Positions 1 through 8,791 of a stretch of 21,602 nucleotides of DNA are shown here, piece by piece; the first letter of the stretch is position 1; each line of letters starts with the position of its first letter. The position numbers and the translations under genes were made by a program. The notes under the pieces were generated by a model. It made no database searches. It was given only the letters and a program-made list of their open reading frames with translations, and was not told where the DNA came from. Source of the DNA: Promethearchaeota archaeon (GTDB lineage Archaea; Asgardarchaeota; Lokiarchaeia; Sigyniarchaeales; SOKP01); NCBI GenBank assembly GCA_048938445.1, contig JBHLME010000075.1, positions 1 through 21,602 on the forward strand, given 5' to 3'.

Positions 1-2039
1 TGACTTTTAATATTTCAGATCCTCATCAAAGGGAGACTGAAGTGAATAAAATTGAAAAAGCAAAAAAAAAACCCCAATTATTATTAATAATTAATAAAAG
101 CGAAAATTTATGCCAAGAAAATCAATTTGATGAAGCTCTTAACCATCTTAATGAAGCTCTTAATACTGCTGTCAACATTTTAGATCCTGAAGATGAAGTA
201 ATCGAGATGATAAAATCCAATATTACAAGAGCATATTCTGAAAAGATAAAGTTAATAATTGAAGAGGGTGATGAAGCAAAGCAAAATAGTCAATATGAAG
301 AGGCTATTAAAATTTACAATAAAGGTTTTGATGTTGTAAAAAACATGCAAGATACTATTGAAAAAGATAAGAATAAAGAAATCATTGAAAATAAAATAAA
401 TATATCATTATCAGAAGAGATAAATTTAGTCATTCAACATGGGAAAAATTTATTAGCAGAGAATAAGCCAAAAGAAACTGAAAATGAATTAAATAAATCA
501 TTAAATCTCATAGATAGGATGTATGAATCAGATCTAAAAGAAATGAAACTTGGAAACATTGCTGAATTGCTTAATCCAATTCATATTGAAAATTCTAAAT
601 CCTTTATTGATGAGGCGTTTCAAATAACTAATCAAGAAGGTTATGAAAAATCAATAATGGATGTTAATAAAGCTATTGAGAAGTTAAATCAAGCATTAAA
701 AATCATAAATAAAATGGCTGAATCCAAACAAAAATTTGAGGAAATTGATAAATTGACTAATCTAATTAATGATATATGTGCAAAGGCTATCGAACCTCGA
801 AAAAAAAGGGGTAATGAATTAATTGAGAAAAAACAATTCGATGAAGCTATTAGAGAGTTGTATTCAGCGGTAAGTATCGCTAAAAATTTAGTATATCCAG
901 AAGGAGAAGAGAATGAAGAATTAAATGAAATGAAAAAAATCATAAACAAAGTTTATTTGGCAGAAGCCGAAGATATATTAAGTCGAGGGTTTATTTTAAT
1001 TGAAGAAAATAAGTTGAATGAGGCTTTAGATACATTCAATGAAGCATTAAGCGTGACTAATAAAATGTATCTTTCTGAAGAAATGGATAAGGAAGTAAGT
1101 AAAATTAAAAATGCTATTTACCAGACAGAGTTAAAACAAATTGTTACAAAAGGAGATCTATCAGAAGAGGAGAAAAAGTTAGAAAAGGAGATTGAAAGAT
1201 TAAATCAATTGCTTCAAGCATCTAATAATATATCAGATCCAGAGCAAAAAACCCAAAAAATGGATGATATAAGGAGAGAAATAGACAATGTACATGTTGA
1301 GAGAATTACTTTATTAATCGAACAAGCGAATAAATTAACAGAACAAAACAAATTTGATATTGCTTTTAATAATTTTGAAAGATGTATATCTATTGCAGAA
1401 TTTATTTATTTCAGTAAGATAAAAGAAAATGAGCTAGCCAAGATAATCGATAATTATATAATAGAATTGAATAATAAAGCAAGACAGGAAATTCTTAATG
1501 AAAATTTTGAAAAAGTTTTAGAACTCTGCAATAAAGCAATTGAACTTGATGAAACTTATGTGGAATCATACTATAACCTTGGAAACATGTACAAATATAG
1601 AAATAACATGGAAAAGGCAATTGAATACTACCAAAAATCAATAGGATTAGATCCTAATCATTCAAATGCATTTAATGATTTAGGACTTATATATGAGGAA
1701 AATGGAGAATTGGACAAAGCAATTGATTCATATAAAAAAGCAATTGAAGTCGATTCAAGACACAGTAGGGCTTGGTGTAATTTAGGGAATGTCTACAAGA
1801 GTAAAAATGAATATGAACAAGCATTACATGCTTATAATAAAGCTATTGAAATTGATCCTAAATATGCAGAAGCATGGTTTTTATTAGGTAAAGTTAATTT
1901 TAGTAAAAAAGAATTTAATCTTGCTATAGAGCATCTAGAAAAAGCTATAGGATTAAAACCAGAATTAGGTAGGACAGTAACTCCCTTAATAAATGAATTT
2001 AAATCTATAATAGCTTCATTTAAAGAAAAACTTAGTTAG
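1..2039 (+). CDS. Large helical-repeat/TPR protein, 5'-partial (frame is open from the window edge)
   Basis: About 5 canonical TPRs at the C-terminus (e.g. YYNLGNMYKYRNNMEKAIEYYQKSIGLDPNH, AWCNLGNVYKSKNEYEQALHAYNKAIEIDPKY) follow longer helical repeats. The frame of GTG42 has no stop back to base 3 (TFNISDPHQRETEV), which resembles the internal repeat NNISDPEQKTQKM, so the true start is at or beyond the window edge. Confidence 0.85.
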   Translation, partial: TFNISDPHQRETEVNKIEKAKKKPQLLLIINKSENLCQENQFDEALNHLNEALNTAVNILDPEDEVIEMIKSNITRAYSEKIKLIIEEGDEAKQNSQYEEAIKIYNKGFDVVKNMQDTIEKDKNKEIIENKINISLSEEINLVIQHGKNLLAENKPKETENELNKSLNLIDRMYESDLKEMKLGNIAELLNPIHIENSKSFIDEAFQITNQEGYEKSIMDVNKAIEKLNQALKIINKMAESKQKFEEIDKLTNLINDICAKAIEPRKKRGNELIEKKQFDEAIRELYSAVSIAKNLVYPEGEENEELNEMKKIINKVYLAEAEDILSRGFILIEENKLNEALDTFNEALSVTNKMYLSEEMDKEVSKIKNAIYQTELKQIVTKGDLSEEEKKLEKEIERLNQLLQASNNISDPEQKTQKMDDIRREIDNVHVERITLLIEQANKLTEQNKFDIAFNNFERCISIAEFIYFSKIKENELAKIIDNYIIELNNKARQEILNENFEKVLELCNKAIELDETYVESYYNLGNMYKYRNNMEKAIEYYQKSIGLDPNHSNAFNDLGLIYEENGELDKAIDSYKKAIEVDSRHSRAWCNLGNVYKSKNEYEQALHAYNKAIEIDPKYAEAWFLLGKVNFSKKEFNLAIEHLEKAIGLKPELGRTVTPLINEFKSIIASFKEKLS

Positions 2040-2051
2040 ATTTAATATAAT

Positions 2052-2063
2052 CTCCTTTTTTTT
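2052..2063 (+). terminator. Putative archaeal oligo-T terminator after the TPR gene
   Basis: ctccttttttttt tract about 13 nt after the stop codon; weak evidence in an AT-rich genome. Confidence 0.35.
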
Positions 2064-2164
2064 ATAAACTAATTAGGTTTGTTGTTTTTTCATGCTTCTT
2101 ATTTATTTTTTATTTTAAAATTAAATTGATTTATTTTTATTAAGTGTAATATTTATTTAATATC

Positions 2165-2446
2165 ATGACAGATCAAACGTCGGTTTTATTGTACATTAAA
2201 AAAATGCTTGGAGATCTTATTTATATTAATGGGATAATTGCTACGGAACTTATCAACATTACAGAAAACACGGCAGCCATGCGCCATGGAGAGGATTTTT
2301 TAAATAAGAGTAAATGTTCACCCGAACATCAACAATTAAAGAAAAGCATTATAAATATAGTTAAGGAGTATAAACGTCAACCTGAAGAATTTATAAATAT
2401 ATTAGAGAAGCATGTATTGAAACATTTGGAAAATTCAGAGGAATAA
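2165..2446 (+). CDS. Hypothetical helical protein, 93 aa
   Basis: ATG start, protein-like composition, first of four tightly packed co-oriented ORFs (11-nt gap to the next). Confidence 0.7.
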   Translation: MTDQTSVLLYIKKMLGDLIYINGIIATELINITENTAAMRHGEDFLNKSKCSPEHQQLKKSIINIVKEYKRQPEEFINILEKHVLKHLENSEE

Positions 2447-2457
2447 ATGATAACATC

Positions 2458-2901
2458 ATGAGTGATGATCAATTTAATAAATTCGTTGATAAGCTTGAAA
2501 GAGAAATAATTGAAACAGAAATTAAGGATCATAACAAATATATAGTAGATCTTTTTCGCAATCCTCAAAATTGGGGGAAACCACCTAAAGAAAAATATAA
2601 TTTTTTTCAAGAATGTTGGGGAAATAAGGGAGAAGTACTCCAATTATTTTTAAATATTAATAAAGAAGGTATTATTGAAGAAGCTTATTTTTTAACTGAT
2701 GGTTGTGGATGCATGATTGCTACAGGAAGCCAAACTACAATTATAATTAAGGGAAAATCTGTAGAGTTTGCTGAAAATTTAAAATCAAGCGATTTAGATA
2801 AAGCATTAAAAGGTCTACCTAAACATGAAATGTATTGTGCAGAATTGGCGATAAAAGCATTAAAGTCTATTATCAAAAGCTATAAGGAATCACTTTATTA
2901 G
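2458..2901 (+). CDS. IscU/NifU-N family Fe-S scaffold-like protein (degenerate ligand set)
   Basis: FRNPQNWG, IIEEAYFLTDGCGCMIATGS, GKSVEFA and LKGLPKHEMYCAELAIKAL match the NifU_N pattern. Confidence 0.85.
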   Translation: MSDDQFNKFVDKLEREIIETEIKDHNKYIVDLFRNPQNWGKPPKEKYNFFQECWGNKGEVLQLFLNINKEGIIEEAYFLTDGCGCMIATGSQTTIIIKGKSVEFAENLKSSDLDKALKGLPKHEMYCAELAIKALKSIIKSYKESLY

Positions 2902-2910
2902 GTGATAATT

Positions 2911-3624
2911 ATGTATGTTGAAGATATCGAAATACCAATTTTTGACGATAACATTTCTCTTAAAGGTTCAATATATTATAGTTCAAAAACACTTAAAAAA
3001 GCTCCCTTCATTATTAATATCGCGGGTTTAGGTAATGATCGTGATAGCAAATTTGTTTATTACTTCTCTAAAAAATTTGCAGAAGCGGGATTTTATGTCT
3101 TATCTTATGATCATCGTGGACATGGTGAAAACGCAAAATTTTTCATAAAAAATGTTAAATTCAACATTGTTAAAATTTTTACAGATATAAATCAAATTAT
3201 TACTTGGGTTCTAAAGTATCAAAAAAATAAAGTATTATATGATAATTTAATTCTTTTTGGTCGTTCTCTAGGGGGAGCTATAATTCTATCTCATGGATTT
3301 ATAGATGAAAGAGCTAAAATACTGATCCCCTTATGTACTCGGTATGATTATCATACATTTCCTTTCATTAAGTTTTCTGAAAATATTATTAAAGAAATAA
3401 GTCCGAGATATTTCCTAAAAGTTCATCCTTCAAATAACTATCGTATCTTAACTGCTCACTGTCGTGATGATAATATCATTCCTTTTAATAATATCTTCAA
3501 AATTAAAGAACATCTTGGATTAAGTGATGAGAATATAATTATATACGATTCTGGTAAACATTCATTTAAAAATAGAAGAGAGGATTTATTTAAAAGATGC
3601 ATTAAATTCCTAAAAAGAATATAA
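2911..3624 (+). CDS. Alpha/beta-fold hydrolase (serine esterase/lipase-like)
   Basis: YDHRGHGE motif, nucleophile elbow GRSLG, candidate Asp (RDDNII) and His (GKHSF). Start placed at ATG2911 because an SD-like aggtga lies at 2900-2905. Confidence 0.85.
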   Translation: MYVEDIEIPIFDDNISLKGSIYYSSKTLKKAPFIINIAGLGNDRDSKFVYYFSKKFAEAGFYVLSYDHRGHGENAKFFIKNVKFNIVKIFTDINQIITWVLKYQKNKVLYDNLILFGRSLGGAIILSHGFIDERAKILIPLCTRYDYHTFPFIKFSENIIKEISPRYFLKVHPSNNYRILTAHCRDDNIIPFNNIFKIKEHLGLSDENIIIYDSGKHSFKNRREDLFKRCIKFLKRI

Positions 3625-3672
3625 GAAAAGCAATAATAGAATAAATATTAAAAATAAAAAAGTGAATATTTT

Positions 3673-4578
3673 ATGGAAAAAATTCTATTGGTTGGTCCAG
3701 CTTCTCAAATTCTTGGTATAAAAATAGGTCAAGAATTAGGGATCCCTTGCATTAATACAGAAACAAAAACTTTCCCTGATGGTGAAAATTATCTCCGGTT
3801 AAATATTGACGATGAAACACTAATTGAGGGAAAAGAAGTAATAATAATACAATCAACAGGTCCAAGTTCAAATGGAAATCAAAATTCGCGAATCTTTGAA
3901 CTACTAATGATGGTTGATGCTATTAAAAGAATGGGCGCAATGAAAATTATTATAATCATCCCTTATTTAGCATATGCTCGACAAGACAAGATATTCAGAC
4001 CTGGTGAGAGTCAATTTGCTAATGTAATTTTGAATATAATTAATTCCCTACAAATAGATGAATTATATGTAGTTGATGTACATGCACCTGAAGTATTAAA
4101 AGAATTGATCGTAAATAAAGTAGTAAATATTGATTCCATGAAATTTCTAGCAGATTATGTGAAGTCTCTAGGTGCAAAAGATATCGTAGTGGTTTCACCA
4201 GACAAAGGTGCCATTGAAAGATCAAGGACATTTGCCAAACACTTTGGGGAAAATGTTCCAGTAGAATATTTTGAGAAAAAAAGAGATGTAAAAACAGGAG
4301 AAATAGTCATGGAAGGGCAAATAGATCTTAAAAATAAAGATGTCGTTATTTCGGACGATATCATTGCTACGGGAGGCACAATGGCAACTGCAATTAAACT
4401 ATCCAAGGAAAGTGGGGCAAATAAAGTATATGCTGTGGCAACTCATGCTCTTTTATTACAACAAGCAAAATATAGAATATTAAATGCTGGGGCAGATGAA
4501 ATTATTGGAACCGATTCCATTGATAATGAAGTAAGTAAAGTGTCTCTAGCTAAAGCAATTTCAGATTATTTGAAATAA
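3673..4578 (+). CDS. prs: Ribose-phosphate pyrophosphokinase (PRPP synthetase), archaeal type
   Basis: FPDGE, PYLAYARQDK, VDVH, SPDKGA and the PRPP-binding motif DDIIATGGTM. Confidence 0.97.
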   Translation: MEKILLVGPASQILGIKIGQELGIPCINTETKTFPDGENYLRLNIDDETLIEGKEVIIIQSTGPSSNGNQNSRIFELLMMVDAIKRMGAMKIIIIIPYLAYARQDKIFRPGESQFANVILNIINSLQIDELYVVDVHAPEVLKELIVNKVVNIDSMKFLADYVKSLGAKDIVVVSPDKGAIERSRTFAKHFGENVPVEYFEKKRDVKTGEIVMEGQIDLKNKDVVISDDIIATGGTMATAIKLSKESGANKVYAVATHALLLQQAKYRILNAGADEIIGTDSIDNEVSKVSLAKAISDYLK

Positions 4579-4586
4579 TATTTTTG

Positions 4587-5129
4587 TTAGTAATTTTCAA
4601 TTATTTTTAATACTATTTCTCTCGTTTTTATTTGCAAGTCTTCAATTGTAGAATAATTTTTTATCATGTATTCGGCATTTTCAATAACCTTTTTTATTCC
4701 AAATTTACTTTCACGATCATCTCTCTCTTTTAATTCACGCTTATCCTTTGGATCATCATTTCTACCTCGATTAAAGAGAAATTTATATCTTAAGTCATCA
4801 GGAGTATCAATCGCAACCACGGGAAATTTCCAAAACTCTTTAAATGTTTGTACTTCAAAAATCGATCTTAACCCATCAATAAAAACAACTTGAAAATTAG
4901 TTGATCTTATATATTCGACACACTTCCTAGCAATAATCTCTTGACCCCCCTTTTCTCTTAAACCTTTGGCAATTTCTCCCAAATTATGACTTGTGATTTC
5001 AAGGCCTCTTTTTTCTGCCTCATTTCTTACAACATCACCCATGGTGATTGTTTTACCCAAGTCTTTTATAGCCTCAAGTGCTGTAGATTTTCCTGAGCCT
5101 GGAAGACCACAGAATCCTATTACCTTCAT
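4587..5129 (-). CDS. Archaeal P-loop nucleotide kinase, UPF0200/dephospho-CoA-kinase-like family
   Basis: MKVIGFCGLPGSGKS Walker A at the N-terminus, MGDVVR, IDGLRS, RGRNDD, ERDDRE. Start reassigned to ATG5129, giving 180 aa. Confidence 0.85.
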   Translation of the reverse strand: MKVIGFCGLPGSGKSTALEAIKDLGKTITMGDVVRNEAEKRGLEITSHNLGEIAKGLREKGGQEIIARKCVEYIRSTNFQVVFIDGLRSIFEVQTFKEFWKFPVVAIDTPDDLRYKFLFNRGRNDDPKDKRELKERDDRESKFGIKKVIENAEYMIKNYSTIEDLQIKTREIVLKIIENY

Positions 5130-5312
5130 TTTTCCATTATATAAGGAATAAATAAAATTATATTTAATACATTTAATTTTTATTTCATAATTAAATAATT
5201 GATAATAGCATGCAAATTTATAATATAATGGGATATTTAATACCAATTCAATAGGTCAAATAATTAGATCTATTTATATTAATGAAAAAACAATATTTAA
5301 TAGAGTGAACTT

Positions 5313-6638
5313 ATGGGCCAAGATGAAAGGGATGAAGAAGCCGCATATGAGCAAAGAGTAAGAAATATTACAAAAAATATAGGAGTTAAGTATATAGGTA
5401 ATGAAGAAGAGGAGCAAAAAGAAACCGAAACTCAAAAAGAAAAAGAACTTGATGAATTATTAGCAGAATATAAAGATCATAAAGAAAAACTAAACCAAAT
5501 GATACAGGAGCAAGAAAAATCAAGCGGCAAGGAAAAGGATGATGAGGTTTTTAATCCAACTAAATCCCCTGTTTATTTAAACTGGAAAGCATATAAAAGA
5601 ATTTTAGGATATTCTTTAAGATACGCAAGTGAAAAAATAGATCAAAAAGAATGGCGTGAAGTATATGGGATATGTATAGGATATATTGAAGATAATAAAA
5701 GATTAATTGTAACTGATGCCATTCCAATGTGCGTGGGGGAGGACAATACTTTTGTAAGATTTTCAAATCTCCATTATGTTGATTTTGCTCAATTTGATGA
5801 AGTAATTTTCCAAAGGTCAATTCAAGATAAAAAAAATGAGTTTGCTGTCGGTTGGTGGCATTCCCATCCGGGTCATGGCCATTTTTTAAGCGCTACTGAT
5901 ATTGAAACTCAAATTTTTTACCAAAATAGTTATAATCCTTTCGGTATTGCTTTAGAATTTGACCATAGTGAGAGAAAAGATGATAATTTAGGAATAAAGG
6001 CTTTAAGATTAGAAAATCCCGATTTAGGTTATGAAAGTGATTTTATTGAAGTGGAGCTAAGATATTTTATTGATAAGGATAAGGACTTATATAATAAAAT
6101 AGAGGGTACCATTGAAAAGATGAAATTGAAAATGCCTGAAGTATTAGAAGCATTAGAGCATATCGATAAAATCATTCTTAAAAAAGAGATCCCCTCATTA
6201 CAAAAGAAATTCAATTTACTCTTACCTTCAGGTAAAGATAGAGATGATGAAGAGGATTACCAGCTTGAAGAAATATCTTATATTTGGAGTCAAGAAACCC
6301 TCTCAACAACCAAAGGGGCGCCAAAATTTAGAGCAAAAATTGAAGCCGAAATAAAGCAATGTGACGAAATTTTGAAAAAATTAAAGGAGAAAAATGAAAT
6401 GGATAAATATAATGAAAAGAGGAGGGAATTTACCTCAAAGATTCAAGCTTTAATAGATAAACCATACGATATACTATATAAATTAATGGAGCATTTTGGT
6501 TCAGTCTATGAAAAAATTTCTCCTTTTAGAGACTTCTTAGATGCAAATGAGAGAAAGAAACTAGAACATTTTGAAGAATGGATTTATGGATATTTTAGAG
6601 TTTTAGATAACTTAAAATATTCGTTAGCTATTTTATAA
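5313..6638 (+). CDS. MPN+/JAMM metalloisopeptidase (Rpn11/CSN5-like) with an acidic N-terminal extension and a helical C-terminal region
   Basis: EVYGICIG (catalytic Glu) and GWWHSHPGHGHFLSATD (H-x-H-x7-S-x2-D, nt 5859-5900), followed by IETQ...PFGIALEFD. Confidence 0.9.
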   Translation: MGQDERDEEAAYEQRVRNITKNIGVKYIGNEEEEQKETETQKEKELDELLAEYKDHKEKLNQMIQEQEKSSGKEKDDEVFNPTKSPVYLNWKAYKRILGYSLRYASEKIDQKEWREVYGICIGYIEDNKRLIVTDAIPMCVGEDNTFVRFSNLHYVDFAQFDEVIFQRSIQDKKNEFAVGWWHSHPGHGHFLSATDIETQIFYQNSYNPFGIALEFDHSERKDDNLGIKALRLENPDLGYESDFIEVELRYFIDKDKDLYNKIEGTIEKMKLKMPEVLEALEHIDKIILKKEIPSLQKKFNLLLPSGKDRDDEEDYQLEEISYIWSQETLSTTKGAPKFRAKIEAEIKQCDEILKKLKEKNEMDKYNEKRREFTSKIQALIDKPYDILYKLMEHFGSVYEKISPFRDFLDANERKKLEHFEEWIYGYFRVLDNLKYSLAIL

Positions 6639-6799
6639 TTCTAAATTAAAACAAAATATTTTAAAAGAATCATATTTTCAATTATATTAGAAACAAAATT
6701 TATAGATTTTAAATAATTTTATATTTAATTTAATATTAGTATATCTTAGGACTTCTTTTGATTTAATTATTTAAAGATCTTGACTATAGACGATAATAT

Positions 6800-7192
6800 A
6801 TGACGGATTCCCGTAATAAAGCAAGAAATAAAAGGTATAATAAGACATATACCAAAAATACTTATAAAAAACCCAAAACTTATCAAAATATCAGCAATAA
6901 TGATAAATCCATAATTATCAAAAATAGAAATGATAAAGATCGGTTAATTAAAGATGCTATTTTTGCTTTCACTGGTGGAAAAAAAGCACTACTTATAAAA
7001 GGTGAAGGAAGTGAGATATCCACAGCGGTGGAAGTCGCAGAAATAATTAAAAATAGAATGTATCCTAGTATTGAGGTTGCAAATATTTCCCTTGGGAGTC
7101 GCCCATATTATCAAAAATTTAATAAAAAAAATAATAATAAAAAAAGCAACGATATCGTATCAAATATAGAAATACTATTAAAAACTACTTAA
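6800..7192 (+). CDS. Divergent Alba-family DNA/RNA-binding protein with a basic N-terminal tail
   Basis: LLIKGEGSEISTAVEVAEIIKNRM...VANISLGS and VSNIEILL match the Alba signature (IKARGxAISxAVDVAEIVRNRF...VSxIEI). Confidence 0.8.
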   Translation: MTDSRNKARNKRYNKTYTKNTYKKPKTYQNISNNDKSIIIKNRNDKDRLIKDAIFAFTGGKKALLIKGEGSEISTAVEVAEIIKNRMYPSIEVANISLGSRPYYQKFNKKNNNKKSNDIVSNIEILLKTT

Positions 7193-7207
7193 TCTTGAAA
7201 ATATTCC

Positions 7208-7384
7208 ATGACTTCTAATTTTAATAACTTAGGTCCACTTTTAGGAGAAGAGAGAACACCGGCTGTATGTGAGATTTGTCAAAACTATATTTATAAAAGG
7301 ACTTATAAACTCCTAGATCAAGGAAAAAATAAAACCAAGACAATTTTTGTTTGTAAAAATTGTCTTGAAAATGGATCAAAATAA
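7208..7384 (+). CDS. 58-aa zinc-finger-like microprotein (CxxC-x24-CxxC), not in the ORF track
   Basis: Manual translation: MTSNFNNLGPLLGEERTPAVCEICQNYIYKRTYKLLDQGKNKTKTIFVCKNCLENGSK*. It starts 15 nt after the Alba stop and ends 4 nt before the convergent gene's stop. Confidence 0.75.
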   Translation: MTSNFNNLGPLLGEERTPAVCEICQNYIYKRTYKLLDQGKNKTKTIFVCKNCLENGSK

Positions 7385-7388
7385 TAAT

Positions 7389-8216
7389 CTATTTCTTATT
7401 CGCGTTTTTCTTTTTTTTCCTATTTTCAAAGTACTTATTCCAGTCAAAACTCATTATGAAAAACATAATGGAAATTGTAATTATCAGTAAAATAGCCTCT
7501 GTAATGAGAGTTGTAAGGGGATCATCTTCTTTTAATCCTAAAAATCCCTCAAGCCACTTCAACCATGGCCACAGGTTAAACAATATCGGCCACATACAAT
7601 ATAGTAAAGTAGTAAATGTCTTTCCAAGCCATCCGGGAATTATGCATTTCCACGCAGGATATTTTATCATACCTAATGGCAAAAAGAGGATATCGTCAGG
7701 AAGAGGTGTTAGTGCGAATATAAATATATATAGTGGTATCCGTTTTTTATTTTCAAGTATCAATTTTCCAAACCCATCAACATTTCTAAGCAAGTCTGAA
7801 TGAGTACCATTCGCAAGTCTTTTGGCACCATACCCTACAATGTATCCTGATAGTTCTCCAAATGCACATCCTAGGCCTCCAATTATTGCTATACCAAAAA
7901 TCTGAAACCAAAAAGGGCTAACTAATATTGCTTGTTGTATCGTACCATAATTATCAATAAGCGAAAGAGAAAGACCGAACATCACGAAAGGGAAGGGTAT
8001 GGGAAAGGCAATTGATGCACTGCCTAAAAAACAAATCCAAAACGAAATAAGTAAGGCCCAAAAATAATTTGATCCTGCTGTAAGACCTCCTAAGTTTTGT
8101 CTCAAGTTAATTACAGCTTCTTGAAAAGGAGGAAGGAAAAAGAGTAATAAAATATAGATGATAACAGCTAAATAGAAAATTAAGAATGCATATGTGAGTT
8201 TTTTAGATACGGCCAT
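7389..8216 (-). CDS. DedA/VTT-domain membrane protein (VMP1/TMEM41 superfamily)
   Basis: Several hydrophobic segments, re-entrant-type motifs AFPIPFP and FALTPLPDDILFLPLG, and GGLGCAFGELSGYIVG. Confidence 0.85.
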   Translation of the reverse strand: MAVSKKLTYAFLIFYLAVIIYILLLFFLPPFQEAVINLRQNLGGLTAGSNYFWALLISFWICFLGSASIAFPIPFPFVMFGLSLSLIDNYGTIQQAILVSPFWFQIFGIAIIGGLGCAFGELSGYIVGYGAKRLANGTHSDLLRNVDGFGKLILENKKRIPLYIFIFALTPLPDDILFLPLGMIKYPAWKCIIPGWLGKTFTTLLYCMWPILFNLWPWLKWLEGFLGLKEDDPLTTLITEAILLIITISIMFFIMSFDWNKYFENRKKKKNANKK

Positions 8217-8248
8217 TATAATTCTAATCCGATTAATATTTTTTCTTT

Positions 8249-8629
8249 TTACTTTGTAATTTTGCAGTTTAAACCATTTCTAGCTTTTTCAAATAGCTCA
8301 ATATTAGATGTTATCTTTCCAATTTTATTCATTTTATTTGACATTTCAAGATTTTCGAGAATTAATATTAATTCATCCGATTTTGGGTCATAAACTATTT
8401 CCCCCCTCTCAAAATTCTTTATAGCTTTCAGATTGGGACCTTTTCTAATACCAACATTCATTAATGTCCAATATTTTTTAGAACCAAAACTGAATCGCCC
8501 TCTCAACACACAAGGTATTTTATCTAAAATGGCATCTGCTGATAGAGGGCTAATATGCCTATAAATTACAGCTTTTATGGATCCAATTCCTAAAAATTCC
8601 ATATTTATTGGAATTTCAGCCTCAGACAT
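8249..8629 (-). CDS. Cyclophilin-like fold protein (archaeal, probably non-catalytic)
   Basis: RHISPLSADAILDKIP...FERGEIVYDPKSDELIL...NKIGKIT resembles the archaeal cyclophilin-like (TM1367/DUF369-type) pattern. Confidence 0.65.
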   Translation of the reverse strand: MSEAEIPINMEFLGIGSIKAVIYRHISPLSADAILDKIPCVLRGRFSFGSKKYWTLMNVGIRKGPNLKAIKNFERGEIVYDPKSDELILILENLEMSNKMNKIGKITSNIELFEKARNGLNCKITK

Positions 8630-8791
8630 GATACATCTATTAGTTTTTGTTAATTGATTTTTTTAGAAATAGTTCAATTTTTAATAATATATATTTTACA
8701 TCAATTTAAAATTAAAGAATTTGTAATTTTTTTGGTTCAATATCATGAACAAAAGAATAGTATGATAAACAAATATTGTGATAAAATTAGT

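Noticed and set aside
62-71. Long A-run near the start of the TPR gene as a possible frameshift site
   Set aside because: The frame is open and repeat-like on both sides (poly-Lys codons), so no shift is needed.
4587-5129. Firm call as dephospho-CoA kinase (coaE)
   Set aside because: Archaeal members of this family are often so annotated, but their substrate is not established, so no gene symbol was assigned.
5130-5246. 39-aa N-terminal extension of the P-loop kinase in the ORF track
   Set aside because: It is AT-rich, Y/I/K-biased sequence in the divergent promoter region. This family begins immediately before the Walker A motif.
689-7803. Short opposite-strand ORFs (689-949, 2377-2643, 2685-2876, 4040-4231, 4155-4406, 4666-4893, 5560-5820, 6029-6214, 7456-7803)
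   Set aside because: All overlap well-supported genes on the other strand and show no recognisable motifs.
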